NCBI GenBank assembly: GCA_013139985.1
Contig: WSZT01000164.1
Coordinates: 1 to 54,835, forward strand
DNA: 54,835 nucleotides
Source of the DNA: Candidatus Methanophagales archaeon
Lineage (GTDB): Archaea > Halobacteriota > Syntropharchaeia > Alkanophagales > Methanospirareceae
Reading direction: 5' to 3'
Shown here: in pieces, positions 26,189-36,096 of the stretch
Layout: every line of letters starts with the position of its first letter
How positions within the stretch are numbered: the first letter of the stretch is position 1
Program-made: the position numbers and the translations under genes
The notes under the pieces: generated by a model
The model's database searches: none
What the model saw: only the letters and a program-made list of their open reading frames with translations
What the model was told of the DNA's origin: nothing

Positions 26189-26250
26189 GACACAGAATAA
26201 CGCAGATCTACTTAACGCAGAAAAAAATCAAATCCGTGTAAATCCGTGTC
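26189..26250. repeat. short palindromic intergenic element (family 2), copy 2, inverted relative to 588-643
   Basis: GACACAGAATAACGCAGATCTACTTAACGCAG-A7-TCAAATCCGTGTAAATCCGTGTC. Its reverse complement aligns with the element at 588-643. Confidence 0.6.
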
Positions 26251-26298
26251 ATAAATTAAATTTATAGGGAGAAGTTTTTTTATACTTTATATACAACA

Positions 26299-27882
26299 AT
26301 GAAAGCAGAACCAAAAGCGCTAACGGCATCTGAGAACAAGGTTTTGCTCGCTATCGCGGACGAGAAGAAGGTGTGCGATCCGATCCGACTATCAAAAGAA
26401 ACGGGCATAAATGTCGATGCCGTGATGCAAACGGCATTCATGCTCGCTCAGGACGGGTTATGCGAGATAAAAGAGACGCATGAGGATTATTATCGGCTAA
26501 CTGGGGAGGGGGAGACGTACGTCGAGCAAGGCTTGCCGGAAAAGAGAGCGCTTGCGTTCTTGATTGACAAGGGACGTGCAACAGTTGACGAACTCCAATC
26601 CTTTTTCGATGATGATAAGGAATCGAAAATAGCGATAAATTGGCTTTTGCGGAACAAATGGACGAAAATCGATAAAATAGGCGACGAACGGCTATTAATG
26701 CCTATAATAACACTGGACGAGTTGTCATCTGACGTTAGTGAAGCGATACTGCGAATTGTTAATGCTGGTGAAACCGAGAGAAAAGTATTAGCAGAAGCGG
26801 TCACAAAAGAATTCAGCGCAGCGGCAATAAATGACTCTTTGACGCTATTGAGTTCGCGGAGTTTGTTAGAGTCCTACTCACGTGTAAATAGGGTAATAGC
26901 GATAACAAAAGCGGGCAAAGATACTTTAACACAGCTTACTCAAACACATACTAAAACCTTTTCTGCGGATGTAATCCTCGTTGAGGAGAAGATAACGCAG
27001 CTCACACCTGAACTCATAAGAACTGGCTCATGGCGAGCTCAGAAATTCAAGACATATGATGTGAATCTACCCTCAAAAGCAGTTTACCCTGCGAAGATAC
27101 ATCCATATCAGCGTATTTTAGACTCTATGAGACGGATTTTCACTGAGATGGGGTTCGTAGAGATAAAAGGCGAACTTGCTCAGAGCGCGTTTTGGAATTT
27201 CGATGCGTTATTTGTGCCGCAGGACCATCCAGCGCGAGAGATGCAGGATACCTTCTATCTGGCGAGAAGAAAGCCTATAGACGCACCCAAAGAATTGATA
27301 GAGAATGTGAAGCAGATGCACGAGCATGGCGGCTCGTTAAATTCCACAGGCTGGGGTGGCAAGTGGGAAAGCGAGTTAGGTGAGGAGATATTGCTGAGAA
27401 CGCATACCACTGCTGTTACGTTGCAGTATCTGGCATCGCATCCCAAGCCGCCGGTTAAGGTCTTCTGCATTGACCGAGTTTATCGTCGTGAGACTATTGA
27501 TCCAACGCACATACCGGAATTCGACCAGTTGGAGGGCATTGTCATGGACAAGGGCGTAACATTCAGCCACTTGCTTGGCTATCTCGCAACATTCTACAAT
27601 AAGATGGGGTTCCCTTCTATACGGTTCCGGCCGGGTTATTTCCCTTATACCGAGCCGTCAGTGGAGGTGGAAGTCTATATGCCCGAAAGAGGATGGATCG
27701 AACTGGGTGGTGCGGGTATATTCCGAGAGGAGGTAACGAATCCAATAGGCGTGAAATATCCGGTTTTAGCATGGGGGCTTGGAATTGGCCGATTAGCTAT
27801 GCTTAGTTTGGGGCTGACCGATATACGTGATTTGTATCGCTCGGATATAGAGTGGTTGAGGCGGGCGAGGGTCGTTCGGTGA
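26299..27882 (+). CDS. pheS: phenylalanine--tRNA ligase alpha subunit (archaeal type)
   Basis: Contains HPAREMQDTFY, LLRTHTTAVT, FRPGYFPYTEPSVEVEV and GAGIFREEV, the class II motifs. Confidence 0.9.
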   Translation: MKAEPKALTASENKVLLAIADEKKVCDPIRLSKETGINVDAVMQTAFMLAQDGLCEIKETHEDYYRLTGEGETYVEQGLPEKRALAFLIDKGRATVDELQSFFDDDKESKIAINWLLRNKWTKIDKIGDERLLMPIITLDELSSDVSEAILRIVNAGETERKVLAEAVTKEFSAAAINDSLTLLSSRSLLESYSRVNRVIAITKAGKDTLTQLTQTHTKTFSADVILVEEKITQLTPELIRTGSWRAQKFKTYDVNLPSKAVYPAKIHPYQRILDSMRRIFTEMGFVEIKGELAQSAFWNFDALFVPQDHPAREMQDTFYLARRKPIDAPKELIENVKQMHEHGGSLNSTGWGGKWESELGEEILLRTHTTAVTLQYLASHPKPPVKVFCIDRVYRRETIDPTHIPEFDQLEGIVMDKGVTFSHLLGYLATFYNKMGFPSIRFRPGYFPYTEPSVEVEVYMPERGWIELGGAGIFREEVTNPIGVKYPVLAWGLGIGRLAMLSLGLTDIRDLYRSDIEWLRRARVVR

Positions 27883-27959
27883 TGGGTGGCCGGCTTGACT
27901 TGCATCTTCACAATTTATAGTGAAAATTGAAAAATACCAAAGAAGCAAGTTTTAATCGC

Positions 27960-30281
27960 TTATTCAGTGTTTTTATATGGACAGGCATCAGCAAATTTTA
28001 CAATATCTTCTCCGGAATTGTCCATAATACTAATATTCCACACATCGCGGTAGAAGTTTTTATGGGATTGAAATATCTTAACGGGAACCCCCTGTGATAC
28101 ACAAATGCCTGCCAAAAACATGAGTTGAGCATCGTGCATCTTATTATCGTTTGATCCTCTCTGCACACCCGCTAAATTAACTAACACCGCCCGAGCATTT
28201 ATTAGACTTTCCGCTAATCCCTCAGGAATAAAACATTGATCCAATATGTTAATAGCCACTTTTGTATAGCTGTACCTTTCCGTCAGTTTTCTTACCAGTT
28301 CTGTTTCATGATTAAATGACACTACATAAACTTCATTACTTTTATCCCTATCGTTTGGCGAATTAAAGTTATTAATATGCTTAAAAACTCTAGGTACCTG
28401 GTATAAATCGTTGATTTTATTATTGTTAAACTTTTCAGTTTTCCACCCTAATTTATCTGGGATTTCATCGACTGTTTGGTAGCTTTTATACAGTTGTTCT
28501 CCAAGTTTAGCTTTAATATCCTCAGATTTATCATCACATAAGAAAACAACCCTCCTTCCTAGTCCAAGAGCAAAACCGCATTCAAAAAATACGTTTGGAT
28601 TAAAATCTGATACTTCAGCGAGCATCCATAAATTTCTGAATACCTTTGGGCATACTTCATCACATAATACTCGACCCGTTTCTAGCTTCTCGGGCGTCGT
28701 CCACTTATCGGGCTCTACAGCAAGATTAAGCTTTTTAAGTTTGTTACCTAACACCTCAACAAACTCCTTTTTGCTAGCGGACGATGCCAAAAAAACGCCT
28801 CGTTTATTTAAGAACCGATCAGTACTACAGACACGATAAATAAAACTACAGTACCTGTCTGTTCTATAAATTCTTGGATTCTTCCATGGACGTCCATCAC
28901 CAACTATAGTTCTTGGATTAATGTGGTACGGTGCACCTTCCTTCATCTTTTTCCTCTCCCTGATTAGAGAATTAAGAATAGGATGAATTAGGTAAAAATC
29001 AGAGACTGGTAAGATCTTAGATTCAAAAATCTTGTCTCCGGGCCGCTCAAACTTTTGAATAATATTACCATTTTCTTCATCAATATCAACATAACCTAGT
29101 AATCCTACTTTATACAAATTGCAAAAAACATGATTTTTTTCACAGTTTTTCTGGTTGTTATATGTGCTGCATATTCCCTTTATTTCACTTTTGCTAAGTA
29201 TATCTGAATCTATTAAGTCGAACAATTCATCAAAAGGCCTAATAAAATCTAAAAAAGGTTTAGTTTCTGCTAGATATGTCCGCGCGATTGTTGTTGCTTC
29301 CCTGTTGACCACGGATCTTATATTTACTTCTGTCCGTTCATTGGGATAAATAGCAGCTAGAGCGCCCCCAATGACCATAAAATCTCTAGGTCGTTTTAAG
29401 GTATGACGATAAATATAGTCAAAAATATCCTCTTTTTGATTGTCAACTCGTGCATTTGCTATTTTGTTATCGCTTAACCCCAAGAAGGCGTAAATAAGAT
29501 CTTCATTAATAAAATTGGCGTTGACGAGGTCTTTCTTATTCATTCGTTTAATATTTTTTTCAAAGATGTCTTTTAGTTCTGATTTAGTATATCCAATATC
29601 TAATGCGCTTCCTTTTTTTTGCAATCCTATGGGATCATTTCTCAGTAATCTCTCCCACGCTTCTTTTCTAATAGATGCAAAAACTTTTATATGGCTGCTT
29701 TGTCCAGATAAAACCCAGATAGCATTGATTAATCCAATTTGAGCATTATACCAGAGTTCTGAAGATAAAACTCCTGTAACACTAGACCTTTCACCGTGTT
29801 GTCCTAAATGACCTCCAAAATATTCATCCACATTATCAATAAAAATTGCGACACCAGAACGAACTCGATTTAGGATCGAGGTTAGTCTATATTGTTTTCT
29901 TGCAATTTTAATGATACTGCTATGACTACGATCTAAAATATTTGTGAGATATCCAAAAGGTGTAACAAGCTGAGGGTCATTTACCATCTCGAGAATTTCG
30001 TCAGGAAGACTTCCAATCACTTTATTCAGTTCTTGTTCCTTTTCTTTATCCCCTTTCCGTTCATAACTTATTTTAAGAGTCTTAATGACGGACAAAGAAA
30101 TAGATAATAACCAAATATTGGTCCAATATTCAATGTTTCCTAATGCCTCTATTGTTTCAAAACTAAAGGTAAAAGCTTGTTGGGCTCTATCTAATGGCTC
30201 ATCCTTATGGATGAAATATATCTCCTCTTCTTGTAAATCTTTCTTATGTTTTTTTTGGTAGATGTATCGCTTATACATCAA
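27960..30281 (-). CDS. STAND/NACHT-like NTPase body (Walker B onward) with tandem C-terminal TIR/NDT-like Rossmannoid domains; lacks its own Walker A
   Basis: The 773-aa ORF lies in a visibly A+T-rich block. Walker B-like VAIFIDNVDEYF is followed by IKVFASIRKEAW. C-terminal motifs are GVFLASSASKKEF..NVFFECGFALGLGRRVVFL and VYVVSFNHE..LMFLAGICVSQGVPVKIF. Confidence 0.7.
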   Translation of the reverse strand: MMYKRYIYQKKHKKDLQEEEIYFIHKDEPLDRAQQAFTFSFETIEALGNIEYWTNIWLLSISLSVIKTLKISYERKGDKEKEQELNKVIGSLPDEILEMVNDPQLVTPFGYLTNILDRSHSSIIKIARKQYRLTSILNRVRSGVAIFIDNVDEYFGGHLGQHGERSSVTGVLSSELWYNAQIGLINAIWVLSGQSSHIKVFASIRKEAWERLLRNDPIGLQKKGSALDIGYTKSELKDIFEKNIKRMNKKDLVNANFINEDLIYAFLGLSDNKIANARVDNQKEDIFDYIYRHTLKRPRDFMVIGGALAAIYPNERTEVNIRSVVNREATTIARTYLAETKPFLDFIRPFDELFDLIDSDILSKSEIKGICSTYNNQKNCEKNHVFCNLYKVGLLGYVDIDEENGNIIQKFERPGDKIFESKILPVSDFYLIHPILNSLIRERKKMKEGAPYHINPRTIVGDGRPWKNPRIYRTDRYCSFIYRVCSTDRFLNKRGVFLASSASKKEFVEVLGNKLKKLNLAVEPDKWTTPEKLETGRVLCDEVCPKVFRNLWMLAEVSDFNPNVFFECGFALGLGRRVVFLCDDKSEDIKAKLGEQLYKSYQTVDEIPDKLGWKTEKFNNNKINDLYQVPRVFKHINNFNSPNDRDKSNEVYVVSFNHETELVRKLTERYSYTKVAINILDQCFIPEGLAESLINARAVLVNLAGVQRGSNDNKMHDAQLMFLAGICVSQGVPVKIFQSHKNFYRDVWNISIMDNSGEDIVKFADACPYKNTE

Positions 30282-30445
30282 AAAAGGGTTTTTCCGATAC
30301 CTTTTGGAGCAACGGCAAAATACATATTTTCTCTCTCTTCAGACTCAATAAATTCCTTTATGGCGGGCGTTATGACTAAATCCTCCGACGGATTTAGCTC
30401 CCCAACTTCGCCAATCCTTATCGCATCAACAATCCAAGGTTTCAT
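30278..30445 (-). CDS. 55-aa ORF carrying the Walker A (P-loop) that belongs to the downstream NTPase; separated from it by a frameshift
   Basis: Translation is MKPWIVDAIRIGEVGELNPSEDLVITPAIKEFIESEERENMYFAVAPKGIGKTLF*. The stop overlaps the ATG of the 773-aa ORF inside a T6 run (minus strand). Adding one T gives ..GIGKTLFLMYKRYIY.. in frame. Confidence 0.6.
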   Translation of the reverse strand: MKPWIVDAIRIGEVGELNPSEDLVITPAIKEFIESEERENMYFAVAPKGIGKTLF

Positions 30446-30559
30446 TTTATATTTCTCCTTATTTTCATCAATTTGTCGTGTGGGATAGTTTTATCAAAAT
30501 GTCGTATAAAATGGTCTTATAGCGGATGTTTTATATATAACTTTCGATTTTTTTTTGAT

Positions 30560-30587
30560 CAAACTTTTTTTTTGAAAAAAAAGTTTG
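30560..30587. terminator. perfect A/T-run palindrome downstream of the archease gene (candidate terminator or hairpin)
   Basis: Two 13-nt perfect inverted arms, CAAACTTTTTTTT and AAAAAAAAGTTTG, are separated by TG and flanked by a further T-run. The site lies about 55 nt past the archease stop. Confidence 0.35.
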
Positions 30588-30640
30588 CTGCGTAAGCCTT
30601 TTTCGGTAAAGCCTCTAAATTTTCTTTAGAAAAAGGGTTT

Positions 30641-31066
30641 TTAGACATCTAAAACGACTCTTGCCTTCCAAACCTCATTCTTCTTTACCTCCATCATGTT
30701 ATAGGTGACCGCTTTTATTATTATGCCGGATACATGTTTTGAGGGGTCGAATTTACCACCTTTGCATGTTCCCTGTATACTGAAATTGGATTCGTCTATC
30801 GCTATGTCAAAGGATCTCATAACTAGCGATTTCGAGTCAAACAAAAAAATCAGCTCGTCCAGCCAATCAAACATCAAGCTATAAAGGTCTTCGGAGTTTA
30901 TCTCTATTTCTCGCTCCTCCGCCCCCTCTATTTCGTCTACATCGGTCATGAGACTGTACATGGCAATAGCGGCATTAGCATAAAGCTCCTCTAACGTGTC
31001 GCCATACACCTCAAATCCGACATCCGAGGGATGCTCGATATATTTTATTTTCTCTTCTCGGTTCAT
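30641..31066 (-). CDS. archease (RtcB tRNA-ligase cofactor family)
   Basis: 141-aa ORF. Contains YIEHPSDVGFEVYGDTLEELYANAA and KAVTYNMMEV..ARVVLDV. Confidence 0.9.
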   Translation of the reverse strand: MNREEKIKYIEHPSDVGFEVYGDTLEELYANAAIAMYSLMTDVDEIEGAEEREIEINSEDLYSLMFDWLDELIFLFDSKSLVMRSFDIAIDESNFSIQGTCKGGKFDPSKHVSGIIIKAVTYNMMEVKKNEVWKARVVLDV

Positions 31067-31094
31067 TTCGGGGTTATGTTTTAGGTTTTAGGGG

Positions 31095-32732
31095 TTATGG
31101 ATTTGGTACTCTTTGCATTATCGCTCTGACATAATCGTCCGCGTTCAGATCAACGGTTTTGAACTCTGCGAATTTGCTCAATACGTGTTTTTCAATCTCC
31201 CTGAGCCCTTCTTCGGTCTTCGCCTCCATCCGTAGAATTATCACAGGCGATGTGTTCGAGTGGCGTACAAGCGCCCATCCGTTCTCCTTCACAAACTCTA
31301 TCTTCACACCGTCTATATCATTACCTCTTTCGTCTGTCCTTCGTTTATATAGCTCGGGGTTAGTTGCAGCAAGCTCACGATAATAGTCCTCTACGGCATC
31401 GCAAACACGCCCTTTCTCTTCATCGCTCACTACGGGGATCCTTATCTCCGGCGTGTTCACGTATCTCTTCAAGAAGTCCTCAAGCAGTACATCCACCACT
31501 TTCACGTCGCTTTTAGTCTCTGATTCCTTGGCAGTAAGCAGTAAAAGCTCGGAAAATGCGAATACCGCATCGTCTGCACGATTATTCTTCGCGAAATACA
31601 CATGGCCTGACATCTCACCGCCTGCAACTGCATTTAGCTCTTCCATCTTCGATTTGATAAACGAAAAACCCGTTTTCCACTCGACTGGCACGCCCTCATT
31701 CTCTATGATTATCTCTCGTATCGCATCAGAGCATTTTGTATCGTAAACGATTTTTGCATGATGATGCTCCTTTAAGATGTGCTTGCAGAGCAGAGCGAGG
31801 ATCTGTTCACCGATTATCATCTTTCCAGTCGGTGATATTGCACCTGCTCGATCACCGTCACAGTCGGAAGCCAGCCCAATATGCGCGTTCTTTCGCGCTA
31901 CTTCGGCATGTAAATCCTCCAGGAACCGCGGAATCGTTGGATCCGGCAGATGGTTAGGGAAATTGCCGTCCGGCTCGGAATAAAGCTCGAATACTTCGGC
32001 ACCCAAATCACGGAATAGCGGTGGTGCTATCACCCCCGTAGTTCCATTTCCAGCGTCATAAACGATTCTTAAGCCGGTCAACGGCTTCCTTTTGGCCGCC
32101 GGTAGCTTTTCTAGCTCTTGTTCCGCGATGGCAAGTGCGGCTCTTAAAGAACTCTTGCCCGCAAGAGCGTCTAATGTCAGTTCTTCCCATCTCTCGCGCA
32201 GTACAACGTTCGCAACAATCATCGCATGATAATCCGCCAGTACGTCCACCACTTCATGCTCGCCTTTAACACTGCTTACGTGCGTTTTGAATCCTTCTTC
32301 AAGCTGCTTCGCTGTTTGGAACATCTCTCGTATTTGGTCCTCTGTGGCGCTTTCTGTGCCAACACAGGGCTTGAATCCGTTCCATTCCTTGTCCAGGTGG
32401 CTGCCCGTGACTTCCACGCCGCCATCTGCATTGAATAGCCAAGTCGCGAAATACATTAGTGGCGTGGAGCTTACCTTTTCAGCAGGTGCTATGTCTATGA
32501 CATGGACACCTTTGCTCATAAGCGCGTCGGCAAAGGCGGTTTTCAATCGCGGCGAGCTGTTTCTGACGTCCTTGCCCACAACCACTCTTAGCTCTTGCGG
32601 CTCTTTACCTCGGTGCTTGCGCAGTAGCTCTACATATGCCAGCCCGGTCAGGGTGCAGAAGTCGTCACTGAGCTGGATGTCTGCTATGCCTCTTATATCG
32701 TTCGCACGATATGCGGTTTTATCTACTATCAT
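31095..32732 (-). CDS. alpha-D-phosphohexomutase family protein (phosphomannomutase/phosphoglucomutase-like)
   Basis: Contains VEVTGSHLDKEWNGFK (phosphoserine loop), ASDCDGDRAG (metal loop) and GGEMSGHVYF (sugar loop). Confidence 0.85.
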   Translation of the reverse strand: MIVDKTAYRANDIRGIADIQLSDDFCTLTGLAYVELLRKHRGKEPQELRVVVGKDVRNSSPRLKTAFADALMSKGVHVIDIAPAEKVSSTPLMYFATWLFNADGGVEVTGSHLDKEWNGFKPCVGTESATEDQIREMFQTAKQLEEGFKTHVSSVKGEHEVVDVLADYHAMIVANVVLRERWEELTLDALAGKSSLRAALAIAEQELEKLPAAKRKPLTGLRIVYDAGNGTTGVIAPPLFRDLGAEVFELYSEPDGNFPNHLPDPTIPRFLEDLHAEVARKNAHIGLASDCDGDRAGAISPTGKMIIGEQILALLCKHILKEHHHAKIVYDTKCSDAIREIIIENEGVPVEWKTGFSFIKSKMEELNAVAGGEMSGHVYFAKNNRADDAVFAFSELLLLTAKESETKSDVKVVDVLLEDFLKRYVNTPEIRIPVVSDEEKGRVCDAVEDYYRELAATNPELYKRRTDERGNDIDGVKIEFVKENGWALVRHSNTSPVIILRMEAKTEEGLREIEKHVLSKFAEFKTVDLNADDYVRAIMQRVPNP

Positions 32733-32816
32733 ATTTTTATTTGCTTTTTGTTAATTACGTTTTTGCTTTACATCTTCCCTCTATGTACTCAAAAAGCATC
32801 AATAACTACCAGTAGC

Positions 32817-34610
32817 CTAGATCGGGAGGTAGAATGGTTCTCGATCTAGACGATGAAGGATGTAGTCAGCGTCGGGGTATTTTTCTAATATTTTGTTTTT
32901 AAATTCCTCCGCTTTATCTAAGCTATAAAAAATCCTTCCTACTTCCACTAATGCTCTATCATTTCTACGCCTTAAAGCCTCATTTAGCATCATATTTAGT
33001 CTCTTATCCGCTTCTTCTAATCTCCCTAACCTCTTCATTACGTTAAAATATACAGATGGTTTTTCATCAAAAAGTTTTTTTTCTGTAACCCCACCGTCAT
33101 CAAGCAGTTCTAGCATTTCTTGCAACGTACCTGCTTTGAATTTGAACATAACTTCTACTTTTTTCACTCGTAAGGATATATCCATATCAATAATATCAGA
33201 ATAATTCTCGAATAATTCCATAGCATCTTCAGGACGCTCCTTCTTAATATAAATATCGAGAATTTCTCCAAGAATTTCACTTTTTTCTTTAATCACGTCT
33301 AAAAGTCGAAGATAGTGCTCTAAAGCCATTTCCGATTTATCATACTTCTTATACGCTTCAGCTAATCTCCTCTCAACTGCAATCATATCCTCGGGATTTA
33401 ATTCGAGATATTTTTCTACTATTGCTAATTCAAACTCTGGCTCTTCCCGAGAGGATAATTCCCAGTTCATAAAAAGAGAAACGTATTTTGATAGTGTCTT
33501 AGGATTGTCAATTCCAAAAGTCATCCATAAGTCTTGAAATGCACCTAATATCTTTTTCCTCCCAGCATTGCGGAGGATATAGAAATCTATGAGCGTTTCA
33601 AGACTTTTTGGGTGCGAATAAGTTAGCACCAGTCCTTCCAATTCCTCTTGTGCTTTATCCGGATGGTCTAACAGGTTAGCAGTGATTTCTTTTAGGATAC
33701 TGTCAAGTTTTGGTACAATAACAGTATTAGGTATGATTTTTGAAAACAGTATTAGATAATCCCGTAATAAATGTGTTTCTTTAGTAACCCCTTCCTCGCC
33801 TATTCTCAAGGACTCTGATAATTCCAATTTTCTATCAGAGTGAAGTATACAAATATCCTGAACATTTAACTGGCTCTCTAAATCTTCTACTGGCTCGTTT
33901 AGAAAATGTTGTATATCCCCTATTATTTGCCTTTCTATTACTTTATCTTTTTCTTCTTCTGGAAAAGGAATACGGGTAAGCGCAAAAGTTACCCCTATTG
34001 GCTTTTGTCCGGGCAATCGTTCAACTGCCTGGATACTGCGGAGTATCTGACGTGCGCCCTCAATATTTTCTCGATTGTTGACGATTAGAAACACTACTTT
34101 GTCAGGCAAAAGGGACGTGCATAAACCGCTCATCTCTGTTACGCCTGTTCTGGAATCTATAAGTAGAAAATCAGGGTTAAATTCTTTCCTTATTCTCTCC
34201 TTTAGTTCAAGAAAGAAAGGGAGACCTTCGCTGTATTCTTCATAAAACAATTTGTGCCAATTTATCGCTGCTAATTTTCGCCAATAACCTGCAGAAAGGA
34301 CATCACCTGCGGGAATCAATCGGATTTCGCCCTGGGTTTTTGATGGATGAATAAGTTCCAATGTAAATTCATCTAATGATTCTGGAATGACTTTATTATG
34401 CATAAATTCAGATATGTAGTCCACCAAACCCTTCCTAATATCTGTTGTTTTGACGAGTTGTGGGAATTTGTAATGAAGTCCAGGCGCCTCTAAGTCGAAG
34501 TCCATAATGCAAACATTTTGACCAAAGCGGGAAAGATAAATCGCAATGTTCGCTAAAGCTAATGTGCGTCCAACCCCTCCTTTATATGAATAGAAAGTTA
34601 TTGTTTCCAT
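32817..34610 (-). CDS. KGGVGR-variant ParA/MinD-like (SIMIBI) ATPase fused to a TPR-like helical-repeat C-terminal half
   Basis: Contains ITFYSYKGGVGRTLALANIA, a deviant Walker A with Arg in place of the usual Lys. Also MDFDLEAPGL and FLLIDSRTGVTE (Walker B). The C-terminal roughly 300 aa are helical and repeat-like. Confidence 0.8.
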   Translation of the reverse strand: METITFYSYKGGVGRTLALANIAIYLSRFGQNVCIMDFDLEAPGLHYKFPQLVKTTDIRKGLVDYISEFMHNKVIPESLDEFTLELIHPSKTQGEIRLIPAGDVLSAGYWRKLAAINWHKLFYEEYSEGLPFFLELKERIRKEFNPDFLLIDSRTGVTEMSGLCTSLLPDKVVFLIVNNRENIEGARQILRSIQAVERLPGQKPIGVTFALTRIPFPEEEKDKVIERQIIGDIQHFLNEPVEDLESQLNVQDICILHSDRKLELSESLRIGEEGVTKETHLLRDYLILFSKIIPNTVIVPKLDSILKEITANLLDHPDKAQEELEGLVLTYSHPKSLETLIDFYILRNAGRKKILGAFQDLWMTFGIDNPKTLSKYVSLFMNWELSSREEPEFELAIVEKYLELNPEDMIAVERRLAEAYKKYDKSEMALEHYLRLLDVIKEKSEILGEILDIYIKKERPEDAMELFENYSDIIDMDISLRVKKVEVMFKFKAGTLQEMLELLDDGGVTEKKLFDEKPSVYFNVMKRLGRLEEADKRLNMMLNEALRRRNDRALVEVGRIFYSLDKAEEFKNKILEKYPDADYILHRLDREPFYLPI

Positions 34611-34622
34611 GATGAAACCACC

Positions 34623-35249
34623 TTAACAGCCCACGGGTAATATTTGCCCCCTCACAGCGATTTGTTTTTGATGCTTTTTTATAGCATCTATTGGATATGT
34701 GCTCTCTACGCCGAGAAATCTATCCTTCCACGTTTCTTCTTGATTATCTCTTATCTGATTTTCTAATTCTCTCAGTTTTTCTCTCTCCTCTTTACAGTTT
34801 TCAAGAATATCAATCGCCATTTTTTGCATTTCGGGATTCCGCATTACCTGTTCTAATTTCATTAAATCAATAGTCACGGACTCAGCCGCATCAAGTTTTC
34901 CTTCAGGAATCAACTCTCTTTTAGCTCTCTTAAGATATTCTAACAGCACATCATCAGTAGCATATTTCAACCCTTCTCGCAATTTCTCAAAAGATGGTAA
35001 CTCAATACCTTGAGTTTTTTTTGTTTCAATATATGCCTCTTTGAGAAATTTGACTGTTTCGTTTATGCTATTAAGACTAATAGCACACTCTTCAAAGCCA
35101 TATGAATGAATGGCCTTTGATAAGTCTTTTATTGAAACTTCAATCTGATCTGAAGTAGTATAGGGCGGTCGTAATAAAAATAATTTTTCCTCTTTTTCAA
35201 TAAACCCCCATCCATCCTTTGGAGCGGTGGCCATGATCTTAATTTCCAT
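34623..35249 (-). CDS. hypothetical helical protein, middle gene of the three-gene operon
   Basis: 208-aa ORF. It overlaps the upstream gene by 11 nt and ends 12 nt before the ATPase gene. A Glu/Lys-rich coiled-coil-like segment lies near the C-terminus. Confidence 0.55.
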   Translation of the reverse strand: MEIKIMATAPKDGWGFIEKEEKLFLLRPPYTTSDQIEVSIKDLSKAIHSYGFEECAISLNSINETVKFLKEAYIETKKTQGIELPSFEKLREGLKYATDDVLLEYLKRAKRELIPEGKLDAAESVTIDLMKLEQVMRNPEMQKMAIDILENCKEEREKLRELENQIRDNQEETWKDRFLGVESTYPIDAIKKHQKQIAVRGQILPVGC

Positions 35250-36096
35250 TTTCGTCTATTACCTCCACTCGAATCCCTTGGTTATGTAAAAGATCACGCA
35301 TATTAATAAAATCCTCTAGCCAATATCTTTCTTCAGCATCTGATAATTCAGAAATGATGGCTTTATATAAGTCATTCTCGAAACGATTTAAAACACTTTT
35401 CCTCATTCGTACACTCTCTATATGTATATTTTTGATTTCGCCTTTCGTTATAGCTTCAATATAACATTCATTGCTACAGATCATAGATGCCAATTCATCA
35501 AAAGGAATTCCTCCTATTTCATTTTCGTGTTTAAGAGCTACCAAAGCAGGTACACATTCTCTATTTGCAGTATCTCGAGATAACCGTTCAACGTTCACAG
35601 AATTTTCTTCGACATATTTGAGACTATCCTCTTTAATGAATGCTAACGATGAATATTCTTTTGATTGTTTTCGTTTAATTATAACACAATATTCTCCGAA
35701 CTTTTCTGGACCGAATCCTCCGATGTTTAAAGCACCATACTTAAATTTTTCAGCACATTCAAAGGTGCTATTAAAAATCTTCCTCTCTTTTTTATGGTTT
35801 TTTAATTGCAAATCCATTGCAGTTTCATATGATATTCCTATTTTTCTTTTGCCCTTTAACTCTTCTATTCTTTCCTTTGTAACTTCATATCGGTTTTTAT
35901 ATACCCCTTCAATTAAAAAACTAATTAATACCCCTTGCCTAATATTTATCGAAATAGTCGGTTTATTCCTCATAAAGTCAATAAAATTTTTAAATATATC
36001 TAAATTATTTTGATTCTCATGCTTCTCTTTCAATAACTTATGTCGGGTTTTTAGATTATCCGAATTTTGATCTGCCATATCAAATATGTTCTTCAT
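35239..36096 (-). CDS. hypothetical protein, first gene of the three-gene operon
   Basis: 285-aa ORF with no motif I can assign. A conserved-looking core is KYGALNIGGFGPEKFGEYCVIIK..SLAFIKEDSL. A TATA-like TTTATAAA lies about 40 nt upstream, near 36134-36142. Confidence 0.55.
   Translation of the reverse strand: MKNIFDMADQNSDNLKTRHKLLKEKHENQNNLDIFKNFIDFMRNKPTISINIRQGVLISFLIEGVYKNRYEVTKERIEELKGKRKIGISYETAMDLQLKNHKKERKIFNSTFECAEKFKYGALNIGGFGPEKFGEYCVIIKRKQSKEYSSLAFIKEDSLKYVEENSVNVERLSRDTANRECVPALVALKHENEIGGIPFDELASMICSNECYIEAITKGEIKNIHIESVRMRKSVLNRFENDLYKAIISELSDAEERYWLEDFINMRDLLHNQGIRVEVIDENGN

Noticed and set aside
35471-36013. 180-aa plus-strand ORF
   Set aside because: It is antisense to the 285-aa first gene of the three-gene operon. 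In A+T-rich sequence, long antisense frames arise easily, and the minus-strand gene is supported by operon structure and overlap coupling.
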